Source of the DNA: Planctomycetota bacterium
GTDB lineage: Bacteria; Planctomycetota; UBA1135; GCA-002686595
Assembly: GCA_020847695.1 (NCBI GenBank)
Contig: JADLBP010000205.1
Span: 22,530 to 86,529, forward strand
Direction of reading: 5' to 3'
DNA: 64,000 nt
In this document: one piece after another, positions 53,569 through 62,368 of the stretch
How positions within the stretch are numbered: position 1 is the stretch's first letter
Layout: each line of letters starts with the position of its first letter
The notes under the pieces: model-generated
What the model was told of the DNA's origin: nothing
Databases searched by the model: none
What the model saw: only the letters and a program-made list of their open reading frames with translations
Translations under genes and position numbers: made by a program

Positions 53569-54912
53569 TCACCAGCGCCAACCGTTCGGTCCGTCCGCGT
53601 CGGCGGGATCGAACCAGCTGTCGAGCAGCTCGAACCAGTTCTGCACGACGCCGTCGCCGAACTCCGCGCCGTCGGCGCACCACGCGAGCCGCCCGAAGCC
53701 GCGCTTGCTCGCCGGTTGCACCGCGCTGTACCACGCGAGGCGCTGCCAGTCGGTCGATCCGTCGGACTCGCGCGCGCCGTCGGGCAACACGATCGAAGCT
53801 CCGGACGAATCGCGGACGAAGCTCTCGGGTGACTGCACCGCGAACGACGCCGTCACCAGCCCGTCGACCGCCGCGGCGAGCGCGCGAGCGCGTTGACGCG
53901 TCGTCTCGCTGAACAGCGGCTCGGCGGCGATGCGTCGCGCGAGATCGTGGGCGTCGAAGTACGGCATCGAGCCCCACGCGTCCTCGCCGGCGGGGAAGTA
54001 GTCGAGCACGCCGCGTCGGTCGTCGCTGCCGCGCAGCGCTTCGAGCGGCGCTCGCTCGCGCTCGTTCGCGATCGACACCGCGAGTGCGTCGGTCGCGGAC
54101 TTGACCTCGCCGGCGCGCGTGAGATCGAAACACGCCCAGGCCTCGAAGCCGAGGTCGACGCCGCGCTCGGCCCATTGCTTGCGCCCGGCGGCGATCGACT
54201 CGAGCGCGAGCCCGCCGAACGCGAGCGCGTCGACGTCACCCGAGCCGAGCGCTCGCCCGAGCGCGCCGAAGAGCAGGTCGTAGCGCCACGGCGCGGAGAC
54301 CGACGCCGAAGCGACCATCGCGTGCGCGCCGAAGCGTTCGGGACCGGGCCTCAACTCGTACGCGAGCTCGACCGAGCCCATCGAGCACACGTCGAAGCCG
54401 ATGAAGTCGACCGATTCCTCCGGACCGAGCTCTGCGGTGAGCTCGCCGGGGAACAGCGGATCGCCGAAGCTGGATTCGTCGAACGCGAACGCGCGACCGT
54501 CGCCGTGGCTGTAGAAGACGAGCGCGGTGTGTCGCGCCGGGCAGAGTGCCTTGCCGAAGCGCACGAAGTCGCGCACGAGCTTCGGATCGCCGGTGTTCGC
54601 CTCCCAACGTCCGCGTAGGGTCGCGGGGAGCGCGTCGCCGCCTTCGAGACGCTCGAAGCGCTCGCGACCGAGTCGGAAGAGGCGGGTGTCGGCGAAATCC
54701 TCGCCCAGCGCGCTCTCGCCCTTCGCCCAGCGCGGGCTGCGATCGACCAGCGCCACGAGCTCGATCCCCGCGGTGCCCGCGAGCCCGACTTGCATCGCGG
54801 CGAGGTCGCCGATCAGCGTCTCCTCGCTCGAGTTGTCGCCCGCGCCGTAGACGAGCACGGTCCATTCGGCGGGCGCGGGCGGCGGAGAAACGGGAGCTTG
54901 CAACGGGATCAT
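53569..54912 (-). CDS. Clostripain-family (peptidase C11) cysteine protease homolog
   Basis: 'WTVLVYGAGDNSSEE', 'LVFYSHGDG' (catalytic His context) and 'DFIGFDVCSMGSVELAYEL' (catalytic Cys context). 447 aa. No N-terminal signal peptide evident. Confidence 0.8.
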   Translation of the reverse strand: MIPLQAPVSPPPAPAEWTVLVYGAGDNSSEETLIGDLAAMQVGLAGTAGIELVALVDRSPRWAKGESALGEDFADTRLFRLGRERFERLEGGDALPATLRGRWEANTGDPKLVRDFVRFGKALCPARHTALVFYSHGDGRAFAFDESSFGDPLFPGELTAELGPEESVDFIGFDVCSMGSVELAYELRPGPERFGAHAMVASASVSAPWRYDLLFGALGRALGSGDVDALAFGGLALESIAAGRKQWAERGVDLGFEAWACFDLTRAGEVKSATDALAVSIANERERAPLEALRGSDDRRGVLDYFPAGEDAWGSMPYFDAHDLARRIAAEPLFSETTRQRARALAAAVDGLVTASFAVQSPESFVRDSSGASIVLPDGARESDGSTDWQRLAWYSAVQPASKRGFGRLAWCADGAEFGDGVVQNWFELLDSWFDPADADGPNGWRW

Positions 54913-55487
54913 CGGGGCCCCTCGAGTCTCGCAGAGGCGCTGTGGAGCGCCTTGGGACCATCGGAAAAGCGTGCGCGACCGGCCTGGCGGCCCCGGGAAG
55001 GCCCATCCCGCTCGGGCGAGAGCTCGCCCGCCCGAAAAGCGGCGAGCGCTTCAAGATCCCGTCATCCGGCTGCCGAACCACAGCCCTGCTTAGGAATGCC
55101 CAAATCGCTCGGGCGCTCGCGTGTGTGGGGAGCGGGTGAGGTGGGATGCGGTCTTTCAAAGATCTCGACGGACGACGGCGCGCCCTCGGGCGGCCGTCGG
55201 ACGGGGGATGAGGGGAGCGGGGGCTTCCGACGACCGACGCTGCGCGCGAGCGCGGCGTTCGGGCGCGCGGGGTTTCGGTTCCTCCCGGCGGTTCGAGGAC
55301 GGACCGTCGCAAGGTCGCCCGTGGGAGAGCCTGCTCGGCTCCGTACCCGCGTGCGAGCGCGTCGCGCGACCACGTGCCAAGGGTCGCGCGGAGAGCTCGC
55401 AGCGCGGATTGAGCGGCTCGAACGTCCCCACCGGTTTCCAGAAGCCATCGACTGACAAGCTCACCACCAAGGACGAACGAAAACCCC

Positions 55488-56306
55488 ATGGGACTTCGAG
55501 TCAACACCAACGTCGCTGCGATGACCGCGCAGCGCAACCTCGGCGCCGTCACCGGCCGACTGCAAGGCAACTTCGCGCGCTTGTCCTCCGGTCTGCGGAT
55601 CGCGACCGCGGCCGACGACGCGGCCGGCCTCGGCATCTCCGAGCGCATGCGCGCTCAGATCCGCTCCTACTCCACCGCCGGCCGCAACGCGCAGGACGGA
55701 GTCTCGCTCGCGCAGACCGCCGAAGGCGCGATGCAGGAGACCAGCAACATCTTGACCCGCATGCGCGAGCTCGCGGTGCAAGCCGCGAACGGCACGCTGA
55801 CGTCGACCGACCGCGCGACGCTGGACACCGAGTTCCAGGCGCTGCTCTCCGAGGTCGACCGGATCTCCAGCCAGACGACGTTCAACGGCGTGCAGCTGCT
55901 CGACGGCTCCGCCACCGGTGTCTCGGTCCAGGTCGGGATCAACGCGAGCGAGACGATCTCGGTCGCGCTGCAGGATGCGAGCTCGAGCACGCTCGGCATC
56001 TCCAGCGAGGACGTCACCAGCGTCACCAACGCCAACGCGGCGATCGCGGCGATCGACACGGCGATCGACACGGTCACCGGCGCGCGCGGCGACCTCGGCG
56101 CGGCGCAGAACCGCCTGACCAGCACGATCGCGAGCATCACCAACACGCGCGAGAACCTGTCGGCCGCCGAAAGCCGCATCCGCGACGTGGACGTGGCGCT
56201 CGAGACCAGCGACCTGACCCGCAACTCGATCCTGCAGCAAGCCGCCGTCTCGATCCTGTCGCAGGCGAACGTGCAGCCGCAGCTCGCGCTCTCGCTGCTC
56301 CAGTAG
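55488..56306 (+). CDS. fliC: Flagellin, copy 4
   Basis: The N-terminal 60 aa are identical to copy 3. C-terminal '[30 protein letters not shown]'. 272 aa. Confidence 0.95.
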   Translation: MGLRVNTNVAAMTAQRNLGAVTGRLQGNFARLSSGLRIATAADDAAGLGISERMRAQIRSYSTAGRNAQDGVSLAQTAEGAMQETSNILTRMRELAVQAANGTLTSTDRATLDTEFQALLSEVDRISSQTTFNGVQLLDGSATGVSVQVGINASETISVALQDASSSTLGISSEDVTSVTNANAAIAAIDTAIDTVTGARGDLGAAQNRLTSTIASITNTRENLSAAESRIRDVDVALETSDLTRNSILQQAAVSILSQANVQPQLALSLLQ

Positions 56307-56333
56307 CAACGCGTTCGCGCAGTTCCTGACACG

Positions 56334-56361
56334 CGCAGGCCTCGCTCCGGCGGGGCCTGCG
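56334..56361 (+). terminator. Terminator-like hairpin downstream of flagellin copy 4
   Basis: CGCAGGCC-(12 nt)-GGCCTGCG forms an 8-bp stem. It is followed by TCGTTTCC, a partial U-tract. Confidence 0.45.
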
Positions 56362-56469
56362 TCGTTTCCGGAAAGACCTTCCGGCAGCCGCTTCTCGCGC
56401 GAAGTCCTTGCGCGCACTTCGTTCGCGCGCCGCGGCGTGGAAAGAGCGCGGAGAAAGACGAGCTCGCGC

Positions 56470-56497
56470 TCACGCGCTCCCGGGACCGCTCCGATAA
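56470..56497 (+). promoter_or_regulatory. Sigma28 (FliA)-type promoter upstream of fliD
   Basis: TCAC-N16-TCCGATAA (7/8 in the -10 element), 42 nt upstream of the fliD ATG and after the fliC4 hairpin. Confidence 0.45.
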
Positions 56498-56538
56498 CTG
56501 CCCCGGCGATCCGTCTGCGGACGGAGCCGAGCACAACC

Positions 56539-58014
56539 ATGGCAAGCCCGATCACGATTGGCGGACTAGGCAGCGGCCTCGACACGAAGGCGATCATCGA
56601 CGCGCTGATGGCCGTCGAATCGATCCCGATCCAGCAGCTCGAGGACCGCAAGGAACTCGAGCAGAAGAAGCTGACGTTGATCGGGACGCTGAAGGGGCTC
56701 GTCAACACGCTGCGCGACAAGGCGAAGGCGTTGTCGACCACCGGCGAGTTCCTGAGCTACAGCGCGACGATCAGCGATCAGGCCGCCGCCAAGGTCAGCG
56801 CGTCCTCGACCGCGGTCGCCGGCGCGCACACGTTGGTGGTGCAGAGCCTCGCCGCGTCCGACCGCTGGGCGTTCGATCCGGTGACCGACGCCGACGCCGA
56901 CCTCGCGACGGTCGACGGGCAGACGCTGTCGTTCGACTACGACGGGCAGAGCTACTCGATCAGCGTGAACGCGGCGACCTCGAGCCTGACCGAGATCGCG
57001 TCGGCGATCAACAACGCGACCGGCGGCGAGGTCGACGCGAGCGTCGTGCAGACCAGCGACATCGGCACCGGCACGTTCGAGCTCGTCATGGCCGGCGGCC
57101 AAGCTGGCACCGCGTACCGCATCTCGAACATCACGAGCAACATCGCGGGCCTGACGATCGACGGAACCGGCCCGACGGGCCAGACCGCCGGCAGCTCGAA
57201 CAACATCATCGTCGGCACCAACGCGATCGCGGTGATCGACGGTCAGACGATCTCGCGGGCGACCAACGACTTCGCGAACGTGATCCCGGGCGTCAGCATC
57301 ACCGCGCTCGAAGCCGATCCGCTGACGACGCACTCGATCACGGTCGAGGGCGACAAGACGGCGATCAAGGCGAAGATCAAGGGCTTCGTCGACACCTTCA
57401 ACGAGCTCGCGAAGTTCGTCAACAAGCAGAACACGTACGACGAGGAAGCGGGCCCCGGCGGCGAGCTGTTCGGTGATCCGATCATGCGGACCGTGACCTC
57501 GACGGTGCGCAGCGCGTTGTTCAGCCAGTCGGCGAGCCAGGTCGCGAGCGACACCGCCGGCTTCGGCACGCTGCGCTTGCTCGGCATCGAGTTGCAGAGC
57601 GACGGCACGCTGAAGATCAACGACACCAAGCTCGACGACAAGCTCGAGGAAGACCCGAACGCGTTCGCCGACCTGTTCGTCGACACCGACGGATTCGACA
57701 ACGGCGGCGCCGCGGTCGGAACGCCGGCCTACTACGTCGACCAGAGCGCGGACTCGGGCCTGATGGACGACCTCGTTCGCGAGATCGACCGCGTCGTCAA
57801 GAGCTACCAGAGCTCCAGCGGCAGCTTCTCGAAGGGCATCTTCGACGCTCGCACCGACGCGTTGAACGCGAACATGAAGCTCTACACCGATCAGATCGAG
57901 GCGAAGGAGCGTCGATTGACGGTCTTCGAGCAACAGCTCACGTCCAAGTTCGCCGCCTTGGAGAGCGCGATGGCGCAGCTCCAGAGCCAACAGGCCTATC
58001 TCGGCGCTCTCTGA
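56539..58014 (+). CDS. fliD: Flagellar filament cap protein FliD
   Basis: ATG at 56539. 'IGGLGSGLDTKAIIDALMAVESIPI' and C-terminal 'FAALESAMAQLQSQQAYL' are FliD motifs. 491 aa. Confidence 0.9.
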   Translation: MASPITIGGLGSGLDTKAIIDALMAVESIPIQQLEDRKELEQKKLTLIGTLKGLVNTLRDKAKALSTTGEFLSYSATISDQAAAKVSASSTAVAGAHTLVVQSLAASDRWAFDPVTDADADLATVDGQTLSFDYDGQSYSISVNAATSSLTEIASAINNATGGEVDASVVQTSDIGTGTFELVMAGGQAGTAYRISNITSNIAGLTIDGTGPTGQTAGSSNNIIVGTNAIAVIDGQTISRATNDFANVIPGVSITALEADPLTTHSITVEGDKTAIKAKIKGFVDTFNELAKFVNKQNTYDEEAGPGGELFGDPIMRTVTSTVRSALFSQSASQVASDTAGFGTLRLLGIELQSDGTLKINDTKLDDKLEEDPNAFADLFVDTDGFDNGGAAVGTPAYYVDQSADSGLMDDLVREIDRVVKSYQSSSGSFSKGIFDARTDALNANMKLYTDQIEAKERRLTVFEQQLTSKFAALESAMAQLQSQQAYLGAL

Positions 58015-58025
58015 ACCACCACACC

Positions 58026-58412
58026 ATGAACCCCCAATCCGCACTCGACACGTATCGTCGCGACTCGATCGAGAACGCGCCGCCGCTCAAGCTCGTGCGC
58101 ATGCTCTACCAAGGCGCGATCCGGTTCCTCGATCGCGCCATGGCGTGCGAAGCGAAGGACCCGCGCTCGCAGTTCGTGCACTGGCTCGATCGCGCGGACG
58201 CGATCGTCACCGAGCTGCGCGTCTCGCTCGAGAAGAGCCACGCGCCGGAGGTCTCCGACAACCTCGAGCAGCTCTACCTCTTCTGCGAGAGCGAGATGCA
58301 GCGCGCGATGAACGATCGCGATCCGTCGACGCTGCCCGCGGTGCGCAAGGTGCTGTCGCAACTGCTCGAGGCGTGGACGTCGATCGAGGTCCGCCAGAGC
58401 AAGGGCGAGTGA
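58026..58412 (+). CDS. fliS: Flagellin-specific export chaperone FliS
   Basis: 128 aa. 'YRRDSIENAPPLKLVRMLYQGAIRFL' and 'LEQLYLFCESEM'. Confidence 0.9.
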   Translation: MNPQSALDTYRRDSIENAPPLKLVRMLYQGAIRFLDRAMACEAKDPRSQFVHWLDRADAIVTELRVSLEKSHAPEVSDNLEQLYLFCESEMQRAMNDRDPSTLPAVRKVLSQLLEAWTSIEVRQSKGE

Positions 58413-58422
58413 CGAGGCGCGC

Positions 58423-58782
58423 GTGAGCGACTCGCTGCGAGGCTTCGACGGGCTGCAGAAGCGCCTGACCGAGCTCGTGACCGCGCTCGAGCGCGGTGAC
58501 GTCGACCCGCGGGCGCTCGAAGGCGTGCTGTACTCGGTGCGGATCGAGTTCGAGCGGCTCCAGTCGAACGCTTTCGGCCTCCACGCGCGCACGTCGGGCG
58601 AGAGCGAAAGCCGTGAAGGCGCCGCGCGCGAGGTGCAGCGCTTGGTCGCGGTCGCTCTCCAGCTCGCCGCGAAGCGACGCGACGAGGTCGCGTTCGAGCT
58701 CGATCGCACGCGCGAAGCGAAGAAGCGCCTCGGGTTCTACCGGGACGCGACGACCGGCGACTCCTGCGACATCGCGGGTTGA
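58423..58782 (+). CDS. Hypothetical helical protein in the FliT position after fliS
   Basis: GTG start 11 nt after fliS. High GC3. 119 aa, predicted helical ('LQKRLTELVTALERGD', 'VQRLVAVALQLAAKRRDEVAFELDRTREAKK'). No motif recognised. Confidence 0.45.
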   Translation: MSDSLRGFDGLQKRLTELVTALERGDVDPRALEGVLYSVRIEFERLQSNAFGLHARTSGESESREGAAREVQRLVAVALQLAAKRRDEVAFELDRTREAKKRLGFYRDATTGDSCDIAG

Positions 58783-58935
58783 CGCCGTCGATGCCGAGGC
58801 CGCGGGACGAGCCGCGCCGGCCCGGCGACGCGCCGGTTCGCGTCCGACCACGCAGGGCGACGACGCCACGCCGTCGAGCCGCGGAACGCGTCGCCGCGCC
58901 GCGTCCGAAGTCGACGCGGACTCGTCGACGGCCTC

Positions 58936-60111
58936 TCAGCCGCGCGCCGCGTCGTCCGGCGTCCAGCGGCGCCCGACGATCACGCGCACGGGCTCGATCA
59001 CGTCCGTGTAGCGGTTCGCGCGCACGTTGTCGAAGAACGTCGAGTTGATCTCGTGACCCTTGCGGGCGATCAACGCGCCGCTCTTGGTGCGCAGGTCCTC
59101 GACCAGCACCATGCCGGGCCGCAACGCGAGCAGCGGCAGCTCCTCGAGGATCTCGTTGGTCTCGCGCACCGCGAGCGTCGCGCGGAACAGCTCGACGAGC
59201 GCTTGCGCGTAACCGCGCGGCTTCGTGCGCAGGAGCTCGAAGATCTCCGGTTGCTTCATGCCGCGCCATTCCAGGCGCTCGAAGTCGTTGGCGATCCGCA
59301 ACACGCCGGCGCCGAGCACGAAACGATCGGCGGGGAGGTCGACGGTGCCCGGTGGGACGAGCTCGCGAGCGTGCTCGTAGTCGTCGACCAACCGCTTGAC
59401 GCCGTCGAGGCGCGGCACGGCACGGAAGAGCTCCGCGACCAGCCGCGGACCGCGTGCGAGCGACTGGACCTCGGCTTCGTTGAGCGGCTCGCCGGCGTAG
59501 AGCTTGTCGATCGTCGTCGGCGTCAGGAGCACCGCGCCGAGCTGCAGCAGCATCGACGCGACCTCGAGCTCCCACGGATCAGGGAACTTCAGCGCGGCCG
59601 CGAGCATCGTCACGTGGCGACGCACCTGGTTCGCGTGGCCGAACGCCGCCGGGTTCGTCAGCGCGAGGATGTCCATCAAGAGCCCGATCGTGCCGACGAG
59701 CGTGCGCTCGCGCAGCTCGCGCTCGGCGATCAGGTGCTCGTGCTGCTCGACGCCGTCGCGCAGGGCTTCGAGCAGCGTCGGGTGATCGCACGGCTTGCGC
59801 AGGATGCGGAAGACGCCCGCGCGGTTGACGGCGAGCATCGCGGACTCGAGGTCGGCCTGGCCGGAGAGCAGGATGCGCGTCGTGTTCGGAGCGAGCTCGC
59901 GCGCGCGGTGGAGGAGCTCGGTGCCGCTCATCCCGGGCATGCGCATGTCGGAGACGACGACCGCGAACTCCGGCGGCCGGCCGAGCGCGTCGAGCGCTTT
60001 CTCCGGCAGCTCCGCGGTGACCACGTCGAACTCGCGTCGCAACAGCACCGAGAGCCCGATCAGGACGCGCGCTTCGTCGTCGACGCAGAGGATGCGCGGC
60101 TTCTCGGTCAC
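58936..60111 (-). CDS. Response regulator with HD-GYP-like output domain lacking the HD dyad
   Basis: REC 'ILCVDDE', 'VVVSDMRMPGMSG', 'LRKP'. Output domain 'FGHANQVRRHVTMLAAAL' followed by 'ASMLLQLGAVLL' where HD-GYP domains have '..LLHDIGK'. GTG at 60111 (GTGA overlap upstream). Confidence 0.75.
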   Translation of the reverse strand: MTEKPRILCVDDEARVLIGLSVLLRREFDVVTAELPEKALDALGRPPEFAVVVSDMRMPGMSGTELLHRARELAPNTTRILLSGQADLESAMLAVNRAGVFRILRKPCDHPTLLEALRDGVEQHEHLIAERELRERTLVGTIGLLMDILALTNPAAFGHANQVRRHVTMLAAALKFPDPWELEVASMLLQLGAVLLTPTTIDKLYAGEPLNEAEVQSLARGPRLVAELFRAVPRLDGVKRLVDDYEHARELVPPGTVDLPADRFVLGAGVLRIANDFERLEWRGMKQPEIFELLRTKPRGYAQALVELFRATLAVRETNEILEELPLLALRPGMVLVEDLRTKSGALIARKGHEINSTFFDNVRANRYTDVIEPVRVIVGRRWTPDDAARG

Positions 60112-61310
60112 GCGAGCTCCCCGCTGAGCGTTGCGATCACGGGCGCGACCGCGCTGCGCCACGCGGCGGCGTCCGGCGCAGCGCCGAGGATCTCGAAGGC
60201 GAGCGGTGAGACGCCGTGGAAGACGTCACGGCCGTCGTCGCGCAGCAGCGTGTTCTCCGCCGCCTGCGTGGCGACGTGGGTCCACGCGCACGCGGGCGTC
60301 GCCGATTCGCCGACGAGCTCGCCGTGGTGGCCCGCGACCGCGTGCGCGATCGACCGAGGGAGCCCCCACGTCTCGATCAGCGCGGTGCCGGCGTCGATGT
60401 GGGTGAAGCCGAACGCCGCGGTTTCGAGACTGCGCCAGTCACCGCGCCCGGTGGCGAGCGCGGTCTCGACCTCGGAGAGCTTGCGCGGCTCGCGCAGCGC
60501 GATCAGCAGCTTGCCCAAGTCGTGCAGCATGCACGCGGTCGCGATCGATTCGCGCAGCGCCGGCTGGGGCACCAACGCGCGCGCGATCGCGGCGGCGGCG
60601 AGCCCGTCGTGCTGGATCGCATCGACGGTGGCGGCGGCCTCCGGGCCGGCGCCGCCGAACACCTCCGCGGCGAGCACGAGGTCGGAGATCGTCGACGCGC
60701 CGAGGTACGTGCACGCGGAGTGGATGCTCGAGATATGGCGCGGCAGGCCGAAGAACGCCGAGTTCACCACCTGCAGGATCTTCGCGACCATCGCGGGGTC
60801 CTGGCCGACGAGCTCGGCGATCTCGGTGATGCCCGCGGAACCGTCGCGCGTCAGTCGCTCGAGCTCCAAGTAGAGAGCGGGGGCCGACGGCAAGTGATCG
60901 ATCCCACCGACGAACACGTGGGCGCGCGCCTTGGAGTCGACGGTCAGGCTCGCGAGCGAGGCCTCGATGATCGCCACGAGCCCCTCGGAGTCGAACGGCT
61001 TGTTCAAGAAGCGGTGCGCGACCTTGACCGCGCGCACGGAGGCGTCGCGGTTGGTGTGGCCGGAGAGCACGATGCGCACGGTGTGCGGTTGGAGCTCCAT
61101 CGCGCGCGTGAGGACCTCCGCGCCGTCGATGTGAGGCATGCGCATGTCGCTGACGACGATGTCGACGTGTTCCCGCTTGAGCATGGCGATCGCAGCCTGA
61201 CCGGTGGGGCAGAACGTCATGTCCCAACGGTCGCGGTGCTTGCGCAGCATATCGCGGATCGAGACGAGGACCATCGGCTCGTCATCGACGAAGAGGATGC
61301 GCGGCTTCAC
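60108..61310 (-). CDS. Response regulator with HDOD output domain
   Basis: REC 'ILFVDDE', 'IVVSDMRMPHIDG', 'LNKP'. HDOD 'PAMVAKILQVVNSAFFGLPRHISSIHSACTYLG' and 'MLHDLGKLL'. GTG at 61310 (GTGA overlap upstream). Confidence 0.85.
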   Translation of the reverse strand: MKPRILFVDDEPMVLVSIRDMLRKHRDRWDMTFCPTGQAAIAMLKREHVDIVVSDMRMPHIDGAEVLTRAMELQPHTVRIVLSGHTNRDASVRAVKVAHRFLNKPFDSEGLVAIIEASLASLTVDSKARAHVFVGGIDHLPSAPALYLELERLTRDGSAGITEIAELVGQDPAMVAKILQVVNSAFFGLPRHISSIHSACTYLGASTISDLVLAAEVFGGAGPEAAATVDAIQHDGLAAAAIARALVPQPALRESIATACMLHDLGKLLIALREPRKLSEVETALATGRGDWRSLETAAFGFTHIDAGTALIETWGLPRSIAHAVAGHHGELVGESATPACAWTHVATQAAENTLLRDDGRDVFHGVSPLAFEILGAAPDAAAWRSAVAPVIATLSGELA

Positions 61311-62368
61311 GCTGCGACCGCGGGTTCGGGTTGCGCGAACGGGAGCCAGACTCGAAACGTCGTGCCGACGTCGACCTGGGACTCGAAGCCGATCTTGCCG
61401 TGGTGTCGGTCGACGACGATCGCGCGGGACAACGCGAGCCCTTGTCCGGTCCCGCGCCCGACCTCCTTGGTCGTGAAGAACGGATCGAACACACGCGCGC
61501 GCACGGACTCCGGGATCCCGCAGCCGTCGTCCCGGACCTCGATCCAGACGCCGTCGTCGCTTTCGCGCGTAGTGACTACGATGTGGCCGCGCTTGCCTTG
61601 CGGAGTCCACCGGTCTTCGATCGCGTGCGCCGCGTTGACGACGAGGTTCAGGATCACCTGATTGACCTCGCCGGGGTGGCAGAGGATCTCGCGCAGCGGC
61701 GCGAGCTCGGTGGCGACGTCCGCGCAGTACTTGTACTCGTTGGTCGCGACCACCAGCGTGCTCTTGACGCCGTGGTTGACGTCCGCGGCGACCATCTCGG
61801 TCTGGTCGGGATGCGCGAAGTCCCGCATCGCGCGGACGATCACCGAAACGCGAGAGATGCCGTCCTGCACCCGCGCGAACGCCGCGGGGACCTGCTCGCG
61901 GACGTAGGCGAGGTCGGCGGCGACGCGCGCGGCGTCGAGCCGACCGACGAGCTCGTCGAGCTCCGGCTTCCTCGCGAGCTCCTCCGCGAGCCCATCGACG
62001 ACGCTCAGGAACGTCGCGACGTCCTCGAACGCGGTGCGCAGGAACGTGACGCTGTCGCCGACGTACTGGATCGGCGTGTTGATCTCGTGCGCGATGCCGG
62101 ACGCGAGCTGGCCGACCGATTCGAGCTTCTGCGCGAGCCGGAGCTCGGATTCGACGCGCTCGCGATCGTGGATCTCCTTGGTCAGGCGCGCGTTGCGCTC
62201 CAGCAGCTCGCGCGACGCGAGTTCCATCGAGCGTTCGAGCAACTGACGGTCCTGCGCCGCTTGTTCGTAGGCCTCGCCGACCGCGGCGAGGAAGCGTTGC
62301 CAATCCGCCGGCGGCCGTTCGACCGACGCGTCGAAGCGCCGCAACTGACGCTCGAGGAGCCGGTTCAT
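61307..62368 (-). CDS. Soluble sensor histidine kinase
   Basis: Coiled coil, then H-box 'GIAHEINTPIQYV', N-box 'NLVVNAAHAI', 'VRDDGCGIP' and 'GTGQGLALS'. No TM segment. ATG at 62368 (ATGA overlap with the FIST gene). Confidence 0.85.
   Translation of the reverse strand: MNRLLERQLRRFDASVERPPADWQRFLAAVGEAYEQAAQDRQLLERSMELASRELLERNARLTKEIHDRERVESELRLAQKLESVGQLASGIAHEINTPIQYVGDSVTFLRTAFEDVATFLSVVDGLAEELARKPELDELVGRLDAARVAADLAYVREQVPAAFARVQDGISRVSVIVRAMRDFAHPDQTEMVAADVNHGVKSTLVVATNEYKYCADVATELAPLREILCHPGEVNQVILNLVVNAAHAIEDRWTPQGKRGHIVVTTRESDDGVWIEVRDDGCGIPESVRARVFDPFFTTKEVGRGTGQGLALSRAIVVDRHHGKIGFESQVDVGTTFRVWLPFAQPEPAVAA

Noticed and set aside
55051-55079. TCAA-N17-GCCGAACC sigma28-like motif about 410 nt upstream of fliC4
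   Set aside because: The spacer is too long, the -10 match is only 6/8, and it would imply a very long leader. Kept only as a weak possibility.
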